From a virus, in IMG/VR virus record IMGVR_UViG_3300032893_000027, positions 1-64,000 of that record: a DNA stretch of 64,000 nt, one strand, 5' to 3'. A program made the position numbers and the translations under genes. Shown here piece after piece: positions 47,476-56,926 of this stretch. The number at the start of each line of letters is the position of its first letter. Positions within the stretch are counted from its first letter, which is position 1. A model generated the notes under the pieces. That model saw only the letters and a list, made by a program, of their open reading frames with translations. It ran no database searches and was not told the DNA's origin.

Positions 47476-47506
47476 ATAACCCTCGTAACGAAGAATTGAG
47501 AGTAAA

Positions 47507-47719
47507 ATGAAACTAGAACAATTACAACAGCTTGAATCTCAAATGATGGAGGAGGTCGTCAAGCGCAGGAAGCTTGGCGGCTATAGCACAGAGGCAGAGG
47601 GTCTTCTGCTGGTCTGTGAGCATCTTTTAAAACTAGAACAACATCTCCGAAACGAAGCCGAGATGGTGGAGGTGATGAGTGCCGTTACCCCTAAAAACAA
47701 AAAGGCTAGATCTGCATAA
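47507..47719 (+). CDS. Hypothetical protein, first gene of the sugar operon
   Basis: ORF overlapping the GNAT gene. Confidence 0.55.
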   Translation: MKLEQLQQLESQMMEEVVKRRKLGGYSTEAEGLLLVCEHLLKLEQHLRNEAEMVEVMSAVTPKNKKARSA

Positions 47720-48197
47720 CCTCGTATACGAGGAAGAGACCCTACGGACCATTGTGGGCTGGTTGAATCATCCGGACGTTGTTCGGTTTTCCGAGCAACG
47801 CCACCGAACCCACAATATCCAAAGCCAAGTTAACTACTTCAATTCTATCGTTCATGGCAATCGCTATGTCGGGATTTATCTCGGCAAGCTTTTGATTGGG
47901 ACGATGACGGCCACATTCGACAAGCCCAACTCTATTGCCAACATCGGCATCATGCTTGGCGAGAAAAGCCAATGGGGTCATGGCTATGGGCAGGAAGCTT
48001 GGTCAAGTTTTTGTGATGAATTATTCCGGGAAGGGGTGCGAAAAATAGAAGCGGGCTGCATGTCCATCAACTATAGGATGATGGGTATCTGCCAGCACTA
48101 CGGGATGGTCGAAGAAGGCCGCCAAGATAAACACTTTGTTTTTGGCGAGGGGTTCACTGATCTGGTCCATTGGGGAAAGTTTAATGAGCCAAGCTGA
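47679..48197 (+). CDS. GNAT (RimJ/PseH-like) N-acetyltransferase
   Basis: WLNHPDVVRFSEQR..ANIGIMLGEKSQWGHGYG..N..M. Confidence 0.8.
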   Translation: MPLPLKTKRLDLHNLVYEEETLRTIVGWLNHPDVVRFSEQRHRTHNIQSQVNYFNSIVHGNRYVGIYLGKLLIGTMTATFDKPNSIANIGIMLGEKSQWGHGYGQEAWSSFCDELFREGVRKIEAGCMSINYRMMGICQHYGMVEEGRQDKHFVFGEGFTDLVHWGKFNEPS

Positions 48198-48786
48198 AGT
48201 CTTTCTAGCAGGAGAAGGAGACCGCTATCATGAACGAAACCGCAATGCAGAACTTAACGCAAGCGTTGTTAACGCCATACTTAGCATTGGCTTCCGGCCA
48301 AATGCTATTCTTGAGATTGGCTGTGGAGATGGCCGATACCTTCACGAACTCTATCAATACTATGGAGGACGATGCGTTGGGGTCGATCCTTCCTCGGACG
48401 CCATCGCCGAAGGCAAACTCAAATATCCGGAAATTGAACTCATATGCACGGACGCGAAGGGAATAACGGATCGGTCGAGTTTCGACCTTATCGTCTTCGG
48501 GTTCTGTCTCTATCTAATGGATAGACAAGATCTGTTCTATCTTGTCTACCAATTCGACTGGCACCTTAAAGACGGTGGTTACCTCGCTATCCACGACTTC
48601 GATCCTGAGTATCCTCAGGTCTCGACCTACAAGCACAGGAAGGGAATCTACTCCTACAAGATGGATTACCCTTCTCTGTGGCTGGCTAATCCCGGCTACA
48701 GGAAGATTACAAAGGCCAAGACCGGTGAGGGCACTGCTATCACCATCCTCCAAAAACATGGCTGGGGTTCCCTATGCGAGTCCTGA
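48184..48786 (+). CDS. Class I SAM-dependent methyltransferase
   Basis: EGDRYHERN, ILEIGCGDG, GVDPS, FGFCLY, LKDGG. Confidence 0.85.
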   Translation: MSQAEVFLAGEGDRYHERNRNAELNASVVNAILSIGFRPNAILEIGCGDGRYLHELYQYYGGRCVGVDPSSDAIAEGKLKYPEIELICTDAKGITDRSSFDLIVFGFCLYLMDRQDLFYLVYQFDWHLKDGGYLAIHDFDPEYPQVSTYKHRKGIYSYKMDYPSLWLANPGYRKITKAKTGEGTAITILQKHGWGSLCES

Positions 48787-49379
48787 TCCTATCCGGTTCC
48801 CCAGACCTCATCGAAGATACGGTCGTAGCCAGTGGCTGCGACCCCGTTGTCAGAATGCCTGATCTGGAAGTCTCTGACTGGCCCAAGAACGTCGATTGGG
48901 TTATCTCCTTTGGCTATCGCAAGATCGTGCCAGCCGCCGTACTCAAGAAGTTTGAAGGACGAGTCATCAACCTTCATAACTCCTTGTTGCCTTTCAACAA
49001 AGGCGCCCATCCGAACTTCTGGTCGTGGTGGGACAAGACCCCCAAGGGCGTCTCGATCCACAAGATGACAGACTCTCTCGACGGCGGACAGGTTCTTTGC
49101 CGCCACATTGTGGCCGAGTTCGATTTCAGGCCCACCAAGACATTGAAGTCCACCTATGACGATCTGATGGTGGCCGCCAGCGGTTTATTCAAACGGAACT
49201 GGATTCGCATCCTCTCTAACGACATTGTTCCCCCAGCCGCCTACGAACATGTTGGAACCTATCATCGCGTCAAAGATCTCGATCCGTTCTTTCGGTTGCT
49301 GCCACGGGGCTGGGATACCGATGTGACCCACGTTGAAGACATGGGCGACCTGTACCGAGGCGTCAATGGCAAAGCCTAG
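48774..49379 (+). CDS. Sugar N-formyltransferase
   Basis: ISFGYRKIV..INLHNSLLPFNKGAHPNFWS..GVSIH..LDGG. Confidence 0.85.
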   Translation: MRVLILSGSPDLIEDTVVASGCDPVVRMPDLEVSDWPKNVDWVISFGYRKIVPAAVLKKFEGRVINLHNSLLPFNKGAHPNFWSWWDKTPKGVSIHKMTDSLDGGQVLCRHIVAEFDFRPTKTLKSTYDDLMVAASGLFKRNWIRILSNDIVPPAAYEHVGTYHRVKDLDPFFRLLPRGWDTDVTHVEDMGDLYRGVNGKA

Positions 49380-50229
49380 TGTCGGTATTCTCGGAATGGG
49401 CAGCATTGGCACGAGGCATGCCAAGAACTTCATGAGCCTTGGGTGCCCTGTACGTGGCTATGATCCAGCGACTCATACTGGCGATTATCGCAATTCGATC
49501 CTTGGAGGATCAGATGTTGTTGTCATCGCTACGCCAACAATAAGGCATTACGAAGACATAATTGATTGTTCCAACCACAAGAAGCCTATGCTTGTGGAGA
49601 AGCCGATCTGCGAGACAAGTTTCGTCCGTAAGGAACTTATGCCTTACGTCAAGATGGTAGGATATAACCTACGGTTTCATTCCTGCGTTCGAAAGACTCG
49701 TGACTGGTTGGGCGCTGGTCTGATTGGCAAGCCATTATGGGCGAGGTTCACCTGTGGCCAATACAACGATAAGCCTGCGTATCTTCGTGATGGCGTACTC
49801 CTTAATTGGAGCCATGAACTTGACCTTGCTCTTTATCTTCTTGGAATGGCCCGTGTCATGGGGGCGCATCTGCACCTTAACCCTGAAGATCTGGCTGACG
49901 TTCTACTTCGCCATGACAATAATGGCTGTTATAGCACTGTTCATCTCGATTACCTCGCTCGCCCTGAGCGTCGTGGCTTTGTAATCGTCGGGGAACGGGG
50001 AACTATAGATTCAGATTTAGTCTCTCGGAGAGCCACCCTGATCGACAACAATGGTGGCGTAGTCCATCAGCACTTCGGTCGGGATACCTTTGACAGCAAT
50101 TATATTACAGAAGCGGAAGCCTTCTTGGAGCGACTCGATGGCAAAGAGACCATCGGCTGCACCGCTGAGGAAGCCCTTCAGGTGGTAGAAATCGTTGAGG
50201 AAGCAAAGGGTTGCCACCGCTATGAATAA
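49366..50229 (+). CDS. Gfo/Idh/MocA oxidoreductase
   Basis: GMGSIGTRH, IATPT..H, LVEKP, GYNLRFH, SHELD. Confidence 0.85.
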   Translation: MAKPSVGILGMGSIGTRHAKNFMSLGCPVRGYDPATHTGDYRNSILGGSDVVVIATPTIRHYEDIIDCSNHKKPMLVEKPICETSFVRKELMPYVKMVGYNLRFHSCVRKTRDWLGAGLIGKPLWARFTCGQYNDKPAYLRDGVLLNWSHELDLALYLLGMARVMGAHLHLNPEDLADVLLRHDNNGCYSTVHLDYLARPERRGFVIVGERGTIDSDLVSRRATLIDNNGGVVHQHFGRDTFDSNYITEAEAFLERLDGKETIGCTAEEALQVVEIVEEAKGCHRYE

Positions 50230-52288
50230 GCTAAGGACAATTGCCATTGCCCAAGCCCGTATGGGTTCAACCCGGCTTCCCGGAAAGGTGATGTTTTACC
50301 TCAAAGGCAAACCGGTACTGAAGTGGACCTATGATGCCTTGAAAAGGGCACAGGGTGTTGACGAAGTTGTGATAGCCACGTCGACACTTCCGGCCGACGA
50401 TGTGATTGCAAAGTTCTGTGCAGTGAGTAACATGAACTGCTACCGGGGTTCTGAGAGCGACGTCTTAGAGCGCTATTACCAATGTGCCTTAGCCTATGGG
50501 GCACAGATCGTCCTGCGGTTGACTTGCGACTGCCCATTTTTGGATAGCAACGTGGTGTCGGAAGTGATCCGACTCCGTGATGCTAAGGATGTTGCGTATG
50601 CCTCTAATATTGACCCTCCCACTTATCCTGATGGCTTGGACGTTGAGTGCTTCACTTTCGATTCTCTCTTTGCTGCATATAAAGAGGCTGTTCGTCCTTC
50701 TGACCGTGATTGCGTTACTCAATTCATTACTCGCAATCGTGACCGGTTCCCTGCTGCAAATCTTACCTGTCCCCTCCCCGGCCTACAGAATGAACGCTGG
50801 GTCCTCGATACAAGAGAGGACCTCGACTTTTGCGGAAACGTCGCCGAAGTCCTTGAGAGCGATCCCTCATATGATGGGCAGCCAACCTATCTCAAGATAT
50901 TAAAGGTCCTTGATATCTTTCCCAATTTCCGCGACCTTAACAAGGCGGGAATTAGGAATGAACGGTTCTTTGACGCCATCCACACCGAAGCGCTCCCTGA
51001 TCGGTCGTTTAAACGGTCTCAAGACTGGTTTAAGACTGCGACTCGACGTATCCCGATTGGCGCTCAAACTTTTAGCAAGAGCTACCTTCAGTTCCCTCCG
51101 GGGAATAGTCCGCTATACCTTACGCACGGTGATGGCGCTCGTGTGTTCGATCTTGACGGTAATGATTACGTTGATCTGGTTAACGCCATTCTGCCTGTTG
51201 TCCTTGGCTATCGTGATCCTGATGTGGATCAGGCCGTCCGCGACCAGCTAGACAACGGCATCAGCTTCAGCCTTTCCTCCAAGCTGGAATATGAACTGGC
51301 CGAGAACCTCTGCCAGATCATTCCCTCTGCCGAGATGGTCAAGTTCGGCAAGGGCGGCACTGACGTCACCACCGCAGCAATCCGGGCAGCAAGAGCCTAT
51401 ACCAAACGTCAGGACGTGGTTCTGACCGGTTATCATGGCTGGGCCGATTGGTCCATGTGTACGACCGACCGGAACCGTGGCATCCCCAAAGGGATCGGAT
51501 CTTATAGCATGCGGCTGCCTTACGGCGATGCCGAGCGGATGCATGACTATCTCCTTGAAAACCATAGGACTATTGCTGCTGTTATCTGTGAACCGGAGGG
51601 TGACGCCGAGTACCTACGTTATTTACGTACCATCTGTTCCAAGTATGGAATCGTTCTAATCTTTGACGAGGTGATTACCGGGTTCCGCTGGGCTATGGGC
51701 GGGGCTCAGAAATTTTATAACGTAACTCCCGATCTTTCCACATTTGGAAAGGCCATGGCGAATGGGATGCCCCTCAGCGCTGTGGTGGGAAGAGAAGAGG
51801 TGATGAAGGTTTTTGCGCCGCCGGAGAACATTTTTTATTCCGGAACCATGTTCGGGGAAACCCTTTCTCTGGCGGCCTCCCTTGCGACCATCAAGAAGAT
51901 GCAGCGGGAGAATGTGATCCAGCACCTCTGGAGGGTAGGGGCCGAGATTGACCTCCACCTCCAGAACCTGAGGGATAAGTACGGCCTCAATGAAGTTGTG
52001 AATATCAGTTCAGAGTTTCCAAAAAAGATTGTGACATTCAACGACATAGGTAACACGACCTCCAACCAGCTTCGCACCCTATTCATGCAATGCATGATCC
52101 AGAATGGGGTGCTGATTATCGGGTCCAACAACGTGTCATGGTCGATCCGTGAACCACAGTTGAAGCGCATTTTCTCCGCATATGAGGAGACGTTTTCCAC
52201 AATTAAATGCGCCATTGATAATGACAGTGTGAAGGATCTGATAGATGAAGAGTGCGCTATCGTGAGTCCGTTGCGGAAGGTTTATTAA
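50222..52288 (+). CDS. SpsF-like cytidylyltransferase fused to a class III (GSA-like) aminotransferase
   Basis: QARMGSTRLPGKV, RGSESDVLERY, RLTCDCP, YPDGLDVE; then QTFSKS, DLDGNDYVD, IFDEVITGFR, TFGKAMANG. Confidence 0.9.
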   Translation: MNKLRTIAIAQARMGSTRLPGKVMFYLKGKPVLKWTYDALKRAQGVDEVVIATSTLPADDVIAKFCAVSNMNCYRGSESDVLERYYQCALAYGAQIVLRLTCDCPFLDSNVVSEVIRLRDAKDVAYASNIDPPTYPDGLDVECFTFDSLFAAYKEAVRPSDRDCVTQFITRNRDRFPAANLTCPLPGLQNERWVLDTREDLDFCGNVAEVLESDPSYDGQPTYLKILKVLDIFPNFRDLNKAGIRNERFFDAIHTEALPDRSFKRSQDWFKTATRRIPIGAQTFSKSYLQFPPGNSPLYLTHGDGARVFDLDGNDYVDLVNAILPVVLGYRDPDVDQAVRDQLDNGISFSLSSKLEYELAENLCQIIPSAEMVKFGKGGTDVTTAAIRAARAYTKRQDVVLTGYHGWADWSMCTTDRNRGIPKGIGSYSMRLPYGDAERMHDYLLENHRTIAAVICEPEGDAEYLRYLRTICSKYGIVLIFDEVITGFRWAMGGAQKFYNVTPDLSTFGKAMANGMPLSAVVGREEVMKVFAPPENIFYSGTMFGETLSLAASLATIKKMQRENVIQHLWRVGAEIDLHLQNLRDKYGLNEVVNISSEFPKKIVTFNDIGNTTSNQLRTLFMQCMIQNGVLIIGSNNVSWSIREPQLKRIFSAYEETFSTIKCAIDNDSVKDLIDEECAIVSPLRKVY

Positions 52289-52296
52289 GAGGCAAT

Positions 52297-53211
52297 ATGA
52301 AATCGGTACTAATAACGGGCGGCTCAGGCAGCTTTGGGCAGGCATTCACACGGCACTTACTAACCACAGATGCCGAACGCATTGTGATTTACAGCAGAGG
52401 CGAACATGCCCAAGAGCAGATGGCCCGCAGTTTTGGGAATGGTCGTGTCCGTTATTTTATTGGCGACGTTAGGGACAAAGATCGCCTTTCTATGGCTATG
52501 CGGGGTATTGACACTGTGGTTCATGCTGCGGCGTTAAAAGTCGTCCCTATCGCCGAATACAACCCAACAGAATGTGTCTCCACTAATATAGGCGGGGCCG
52601 AAAATGTGGTTCTCGCAGCCATCACTATCGGCGTTAAAAAAGTCATAGCGCTCTCCACCGACAAGGCTGTTAATCCGATCAATCTCTACGGCGCCACGAA
52701 ACTCTGTGCCGAAAAAATATTCATTGCTGCGAATAACTTGGCGGCTGGTAAGACTTTGTTCAGCGTCGTCCGCTATGGCAATGTGGTTGGGAGTCAAGGT
52801 TCCGTCCTTCCTCTCTTCAAGACGATTGCAGCCGAAGGTGGCTCGTTACCGATTACGGATACCAGAATGACCAGATTCTGGATCAAAATGGAAGAGGCTA
52901 TCGCCCTCGTTAACCTTGCTCACGGAAAAATGAGTGGAAGAGAGATATTTGTTCCCAAGATTCCGTCGATGAATATTGTAGACTTGGCCGAATCAATCAC
53001 GCCGCGTTGGCACACATCCGGAATTCGTCCGGGTGAAAAGCTTCACGAAGTCCTGATTAGCGAGGATGAGCGCCCCTATACCGTGGATCGCGGGGGTTAT
53101 TTCACCATCTGCCCGACCGGCCGAGCGTCCAGAGGAGGTGCCGCCTACGCTTCCAACACCAATGACCAGTTCCTAACCCGCCAACAATTGAAGGCCATGG
53201 TTGATGCCTAA
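52297..53211 (+). CDS. pseB: UDP-GlcNAc 4,6-dehydratase (inverting)
   Basis: ITGGSGSFG, IGDVRD, HAAALK.VP.AEYNP, STDKAVNPINLYGATKL, RYGNV.GS.GSV, ITDTRMTRF, GIRPGEKLHE. Confidence 0.92.
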   Translation: MKSVLITGGSGSFGQAFTRHLLTTDAERIVIYSRGEHAQEQMARSFGNGRVRYFIGDVRDKDRLSMAMRGIDTVVHAAALKVVPIAEYNPTECVSTNIGGAENVVLAAITIGVKKVIALSTDKAVNPINLYGATKLCAEKIFIAANNLAAGKTLFSVVRYGNVVGSQGSVLPLFKTIAAEGGSLPITDTRMTRFWIKMEEAIALVNLAHGKMSGREIFVPKIPSMNIVDLAESITPRWHTSGIRPGEKLHEVLISEDERPYTVDRGGYFTICPTGRASRGGAAYASNTNDQFLTRQQLKAMVDA

Positions 53212-53386
53212 GAAAAGCCCAACGGAACTCATCAAGCATATCACCAAGGCCCGAGCAAGGAATAACGTCCTATGGATGCAGCTACTAAAATTAGCGGTGG
53301 AGACGTCGCCAAGAAAGGCAAAATACATTCTGGCCAAGATCAATTGGAACGACCGGCAAATAAGCGGGTGGCTGAAAAGGCTGTAA
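53204..53386 (+). CDS. Small basic protein inside the sugar operon
   Basis: ARARNNVLWMQLLKLA; overlaps both neighbours. Confidence 0.55.
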   Translation: MPKKSPTELIKHITKARARNNVLWMQLLKLAVETSPRKAKYILAKINWNDRQISGWLKRL

Positions 53387-54513
53387 GGCTCGGACCCCTA
53401 CCCAGATACTACACCATCGGCAAGATTGAAAAGCGCCATTCCTACAACGCCTTGAAGAACTCCTTGTCCGGCTATATCGGCGGGAACAGGAAGGCTGGCT
53501 ATTGGTGTGAACGGCTCAGCGCCGAATGGTCGGCTGCTTTCAACATCCGCTATTCCATTCCCTGCAATTCCGCGACCTCAGGGCTTCTGGCGGCCTGCAT
53601 GGCAGCCGGAATCAAGGCTGGCGATGAGGTCTGGGTCTCAGATTATACCATGTCGGCGTCGGCGACCTGTGCCCTGATCTTGGGAGCTAAGGTCACGCTT
53701 CTCGACGTTGATGACCACTTCTGCCTGCTATGGCACCAAGCTGGGGGCTCGCCTGTGCCCAATCAGTGGCCCAAGGCTATCATCGTGACTAATCTGTTCG
53801 GCTGCCCGGCAGATCTCCATTACCTGAGGAAGCTTTGTGATATCAACCACATCATCCTCATCGAAGATAATGCGCAGGCACCATTTGCGACCCTCAATGG
53901 TAAATATACGGGTACCATCGGGCACATCGGTGTATTTAGTCTTAATGTTCATAAGCATCTCCAGACCGGCGAGGGTGGGGTCATCGTCACCGACGACCCT
54001 CAACTCGCTCACAAGATTGATTGTGCCATCAATCACGGAGAATTGATGGGCAGCGACCCGCATCTGGGGCTCAATCTACGAATGACGGAACCAATCGCGG
54101 GCATTGCGTGTGCCCAACTTCAGCGTGGTCATCAGCTTGTGCAGGGCCGGATTCGCCTTGCGGAGGAGATCACGTCGATGTTTGAACACATTGATTGCAT
54201 TCATACGCCACGACTTCGCCCGGATAGTCAACACGTCTACTATATGTGGGCTGGTCAAATTCTCGGGAGCGATGCGGGGATTCGGCGCAAGCGCTTTATC
54301 GAAGCGGTGCAGGCGCGTGGTGTGCCGTTTCGGGAGGGGTATTCCCGGCCGTTGCATCGGATTCTGGGGATCGGTCACGATAGTTCCTTTCCAAATACCG
54401 TTTACCTTGAGGACCGCAGCCTGTTCACATTCGAGATATGCGCCTACGATCCCAAGACCCAGCATCTAGCTGCAATGCGGCAGATCATTGATGATGAATC
54501 GAAAAGATTGTGA
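53368..54513 (+). CDS. pseC: DegT/PseC-family sugar aminotransferase (frame open from 53272)
   Basis: NSATSGL, IEDNAQA, SLNVHKHLQTGEGG, NLRMTE. Confidence 0.8.
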   Translation: MAEKAVRLGPLPRYYTIGKIEKRHSYNALKNSLSGYIGGNRKAGYWCERLSAEWSAAFNIRYSIPCNSATSGLLAACMAAGIKAGDEVWVSDYTMSASATCALILGAKVTLLDVDDHFCLLWHQAGGSPVPNQWPKAIIVTNLFGCPADLHYLRKLCDINHIILIEDNAQAPFATLNGKYTGTIGHIGVFSLNVHKHLQTGEGGVIVTDDPQLAHKIDCAINHGELMGSDPHLGLNLRMTEPIAGIACAQLQRGHQLVQGRIRLAEEITSMFEHIDCIHTPRLRPDSQHVYYMWAGQILGSDAGIRRKRFIEAVQARGVPFREGYSRPLHRILGIGHDSSFPNTVYLEDRSLFTFEICAYDPKTQHLAAMRQIIDDESKRL

Positions 54514-55523
54514 CCATGAGGATAGCCGACAGGGACATTGACAACTTTTTGAAGCCCTACGTCATTTGTGAGTGTAGTTGTAATCACGACGGCGACCTCG
54601 CCACGGCTTTGGCATTGATTGAGGCCGCGAAATGGGCTGGCGCGGATGCCGTCAAGTTCCAAGCCTATACGCCGGATACGATCACGCTGGATTGTAATAA
54701 GCCCGACTTCATTATTCAGGATGGGCTGTGGAAGGGGAGAACCCTTTATGAACTCTACAAAAAGACGTACACGCCGTTCGAATGGTTCCCGAAGATCTTC
54801 AAGCAGGCCAAGAAAGTCGGAATTACTGCCTTCGCTTCTGTATTCGACCTATCATCCGTTGACATGCTTGACCGACTTGGTTGCCCCGCTTTCAAAATCG
54901 CATCCATGGAAATCACGGATACTCCTCTTATTGCTTACGCAACTCGAAGAGGAAAACCCACAATCATTTCAACGGGCATGGCAAGTCGTGAAGAAATCCG
55001 TTCAGCTTATGAGGCGTGTGGAGGAAAACCTGTAGCCTTCCTGCATTGCACCTCTGAGTATCCTCAGACGGTGGAATGGTCCTCGCTTCAAAGTATCGTG
55101 AAGCTCAGGGAATTGTTACCCGGTGTTCCCATCGGGGTGTCGGATCATACGCCCGGTAATCTGGTAGTTCCGGTCGGTGGAACCGCTATGGGGGTGGCCA
55201 TTATCGAGAAGCACATGAAGCCGGAGGGCCTGTCGGATACCGAGGACAAGGAGTTCAGCCTCGATCCTGAATCCTTCAAGAGCATGGTCAAGCTGGTTCA
55301 GATGACCCATGAGGCGCTTCAGATCAGGGAACAATTGTCCAATCCAACCCGACAATTGAGGCGTTCGCTCTATGCGGTCGCTGATATCGAGAAGGGCGAG
55401 ACCTTTACTGAGGCTAATGTGAGAAGCATCCGGCCCGGCTTTGGCCTCGCACCCAAGCATCTGCCCCGCCTGCTGGGAAAGAAAGCCAGCCACAATTACC
55501 GCAGAGGAGACCGGATCACATGA
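54510..55523 (+). CDS. pseI: Pseudaminic acid synthase (NeuB family, C-terminal SAF domain)
   Basis: CNHDGD, GADAVKFQAYTPDTIT, GLWKGRTLYELY, FKIASME, ISTGMA, LHCTSEYP, GVSDHT, IEKH, RRSLYA, IRPGFGL. Confidence 0.92.
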   Translation: MTMRIADRDIDNFLKPYVICECSCNHDGDLATALALIEAAKWAGADAVKFQAYTPDTITLDCNKPDFIIQDGLWKGRTLYELYKKTYTPFEWFPKIFKQAKKVGITAFASVFDLSSVDMLDRLGCPAFKIASMEITDTPLIAYATRRGKPTIISTGMASREEIRSAYEACGGKPVAFLHCTSEYPQTVEWSSLQSIVKLRELLPGVPIGVSDHTPGNLVVPVGGTAMGVAIIEKHMKPEGLSDTEDKEFSLDPESFKSMVKLVQMTHEALQIREQLSNPTRQLRRSLYAVADIEKGETFTEANVRSIRPGFGLAPKHLPRLLGKKASHNYRRGDRIT

Positions 55524-55975
55524 GTATTGTCAATGATTTCAAAGCCATCAACGACAATGTTAAGAAGTTGAATGAGCAAGAACCAGAGTTGATGAACGGA
55601 TATGATAGAACGAATTATTCACCGCCGATCAACCTGCCGCCAAGCCACGGGGCACCGGATGGATCTTTACATTGTTCGGCTGGAAAGGATGGGCTGAATG
55701 TTTGGTGGGTCGCCGACTCGAATGTTCTAGGCGGATGGCGATTGGCGACCGAAAAAGAACTCGGAATCTCTCCCACCCATCCGGCAGTCCAAGGCCAGAT
55801 CATCATCGACCCCGGTCATAACCACCAAAACCCGAATGCCCAACAAGCCAATGCTGCCCAGCAGGCCATCCTTGGAACTGATGTAGGAGGTAGATTGGGC
55901 TTCAGGATCCCACCGGGATATACACGTTATTGGGTCGTGAAAAGCAATCGACTTTGGCGGAAGGTTGGGGTGTGA
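55520..55975 (+). CDS. Hypothetical protein
   Basis: ATGA overlap with pseI. Confidence 0.6.
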   Translation: MSIVNDFKAINDNVKKLNEQEPELMNGYDRTNYSPPINLPPSHGAPDGSLHCSAGKDGLNVWWVADSNVLGGWRLATEKELGISPTHPAVQGQIIIDPGHNHQNPNAQQANAAQQAILGTDVGGRLGFRIPPGYTRYWVVKSNRLWRKVGV

Positions 55976-56244
55976 AGCATCATCCCAAGCCGAGGTATGA
56001 TGCCTCATGGGATGAGGATCACGAATGCTGGGTGGTGCCGTGGACTTGTCTGGTGGGGTGCAAGTGCTGGATGAGGGTATCCGGCCCCCAGAAGGGGAGC
56101 TGCATTCATGGCGGCCCCTACATGGGCTATACGCCGTGTGGGAAGTGCTGTGAGCCTGACCGAACAACTAATTAGAGTGGAGATCTATGTGGCTCTCGCA
56201 TTTGTGATCGCATTCCTGACGGTCCTTTACGATATCTTCAACTC

Positions 56245-56442
56245 ATGAAGATGGAACAACTCAGTTGTGCGACCTGCCGGTTCTGCCACGAATTGGACTC
56301 AGAATCGTTCATATGTCGCCGTTATCCACCGAGGATCTATGAGTTCCAAGGCAAGGTTTTGACACTTTATCCACCCATTAACGATATCAGGACATGGTGG
56401 TGTGGGGAGCATAAGACTAATTTCAAGAGCGGAGCCAACTGA
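56245..56442 (+). CDS. Small Cys-rich phage protein
   Basis: CATCRF..CRRYPP..WWCGEH. Confidence 0.65.
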   Translation: MKMEQLSCATCRFCHELDSESFICRRYPPRIYEFQGKVLTLYPPINDIRTWWCGEHKTNFKSGAN

Positions 56443-56663
56443 TGCAGAATACGAAGCAGGCCATTAAAGACGTCCTTTTCGTCCTTAGCGACAGGACCAA
56501 GGCAATGGATGCAAGGAACTATCCAGACTGGTTCCAAAAGGCCGTAGACGAGGGGGGCTACGCTAAATCGTGGACCATACTCCTGCAAGCCTGCCTCGAA
56601 GAGATCAAGATGCATCAAGATCTCAATGGACGGCTTTACAAGCAACTCTATCCCTCGGGCTAA
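56442..56663 (+). CDS. Hypothetical protein
   Basis: TGATG coupling. Confidence 0.55.
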   Translation: MQNTKQAIKDVLFVLSDRTKAMDARNYPDWFQKAVDEGGYAKSWTILLQACLEEIKMHQDLNGRLYKQLYPSG

Positions 56664-56665
56664 CC

Positions 56666-56926
56666 ATGAGCGAGATGCTTAAGCGAGTGGCGATAGCGAT
56701 TGCTGCTAGTCGTGGGTCTGGTTCATGGAAGGCATACGAGATAGAGGCGCTCGCCGCTGTTGCGGCCCTACGGAACCCGACCCGAGAGGTGAAGCTAGCC
56801 GCGAACAAGGTTCCCATCAAACGCAGCCTCTTGAGTGAGGATGAAACCTATTATGTGACCGGATATGAGGCCGAAGATATCTGGCATGCCATGATTGATG
56901 GGATAATTGATGAGATACTCAAATGA
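56666..56926 (+). CDS. Hypothetical protein related to the array modules
   Basis: MSEMLKRVAIAI..ALAAVAALRNPT..IWHAMID. Confidence 0.6.
   Translation: MSEMLKRVAIAIAASRGSGSWKAYEIEALAAVAALRNPTREVKLAANKVPIKRSLLSEDETYYVTGYEAEDIWHAMIDGIIDEILK

Noticed and set aside
50222-52288. HemL (tetrapyrrole synthesis) auxiliary gene
   Set aside because: The GSA-like domain is fused to an SpsF-type cytidylyltransferase inside a sugar operon, so a sugar aminotransferase role is more plausible.
47507-55523. Host chromosomal DNA flanking a prophage
   Set aside because: Phage genes lie on both sides, the operon is translationally coupled to phage-type ORFs, and no att site or integrase is seen. A chimeric assembly cannot be fully excluded without reads.
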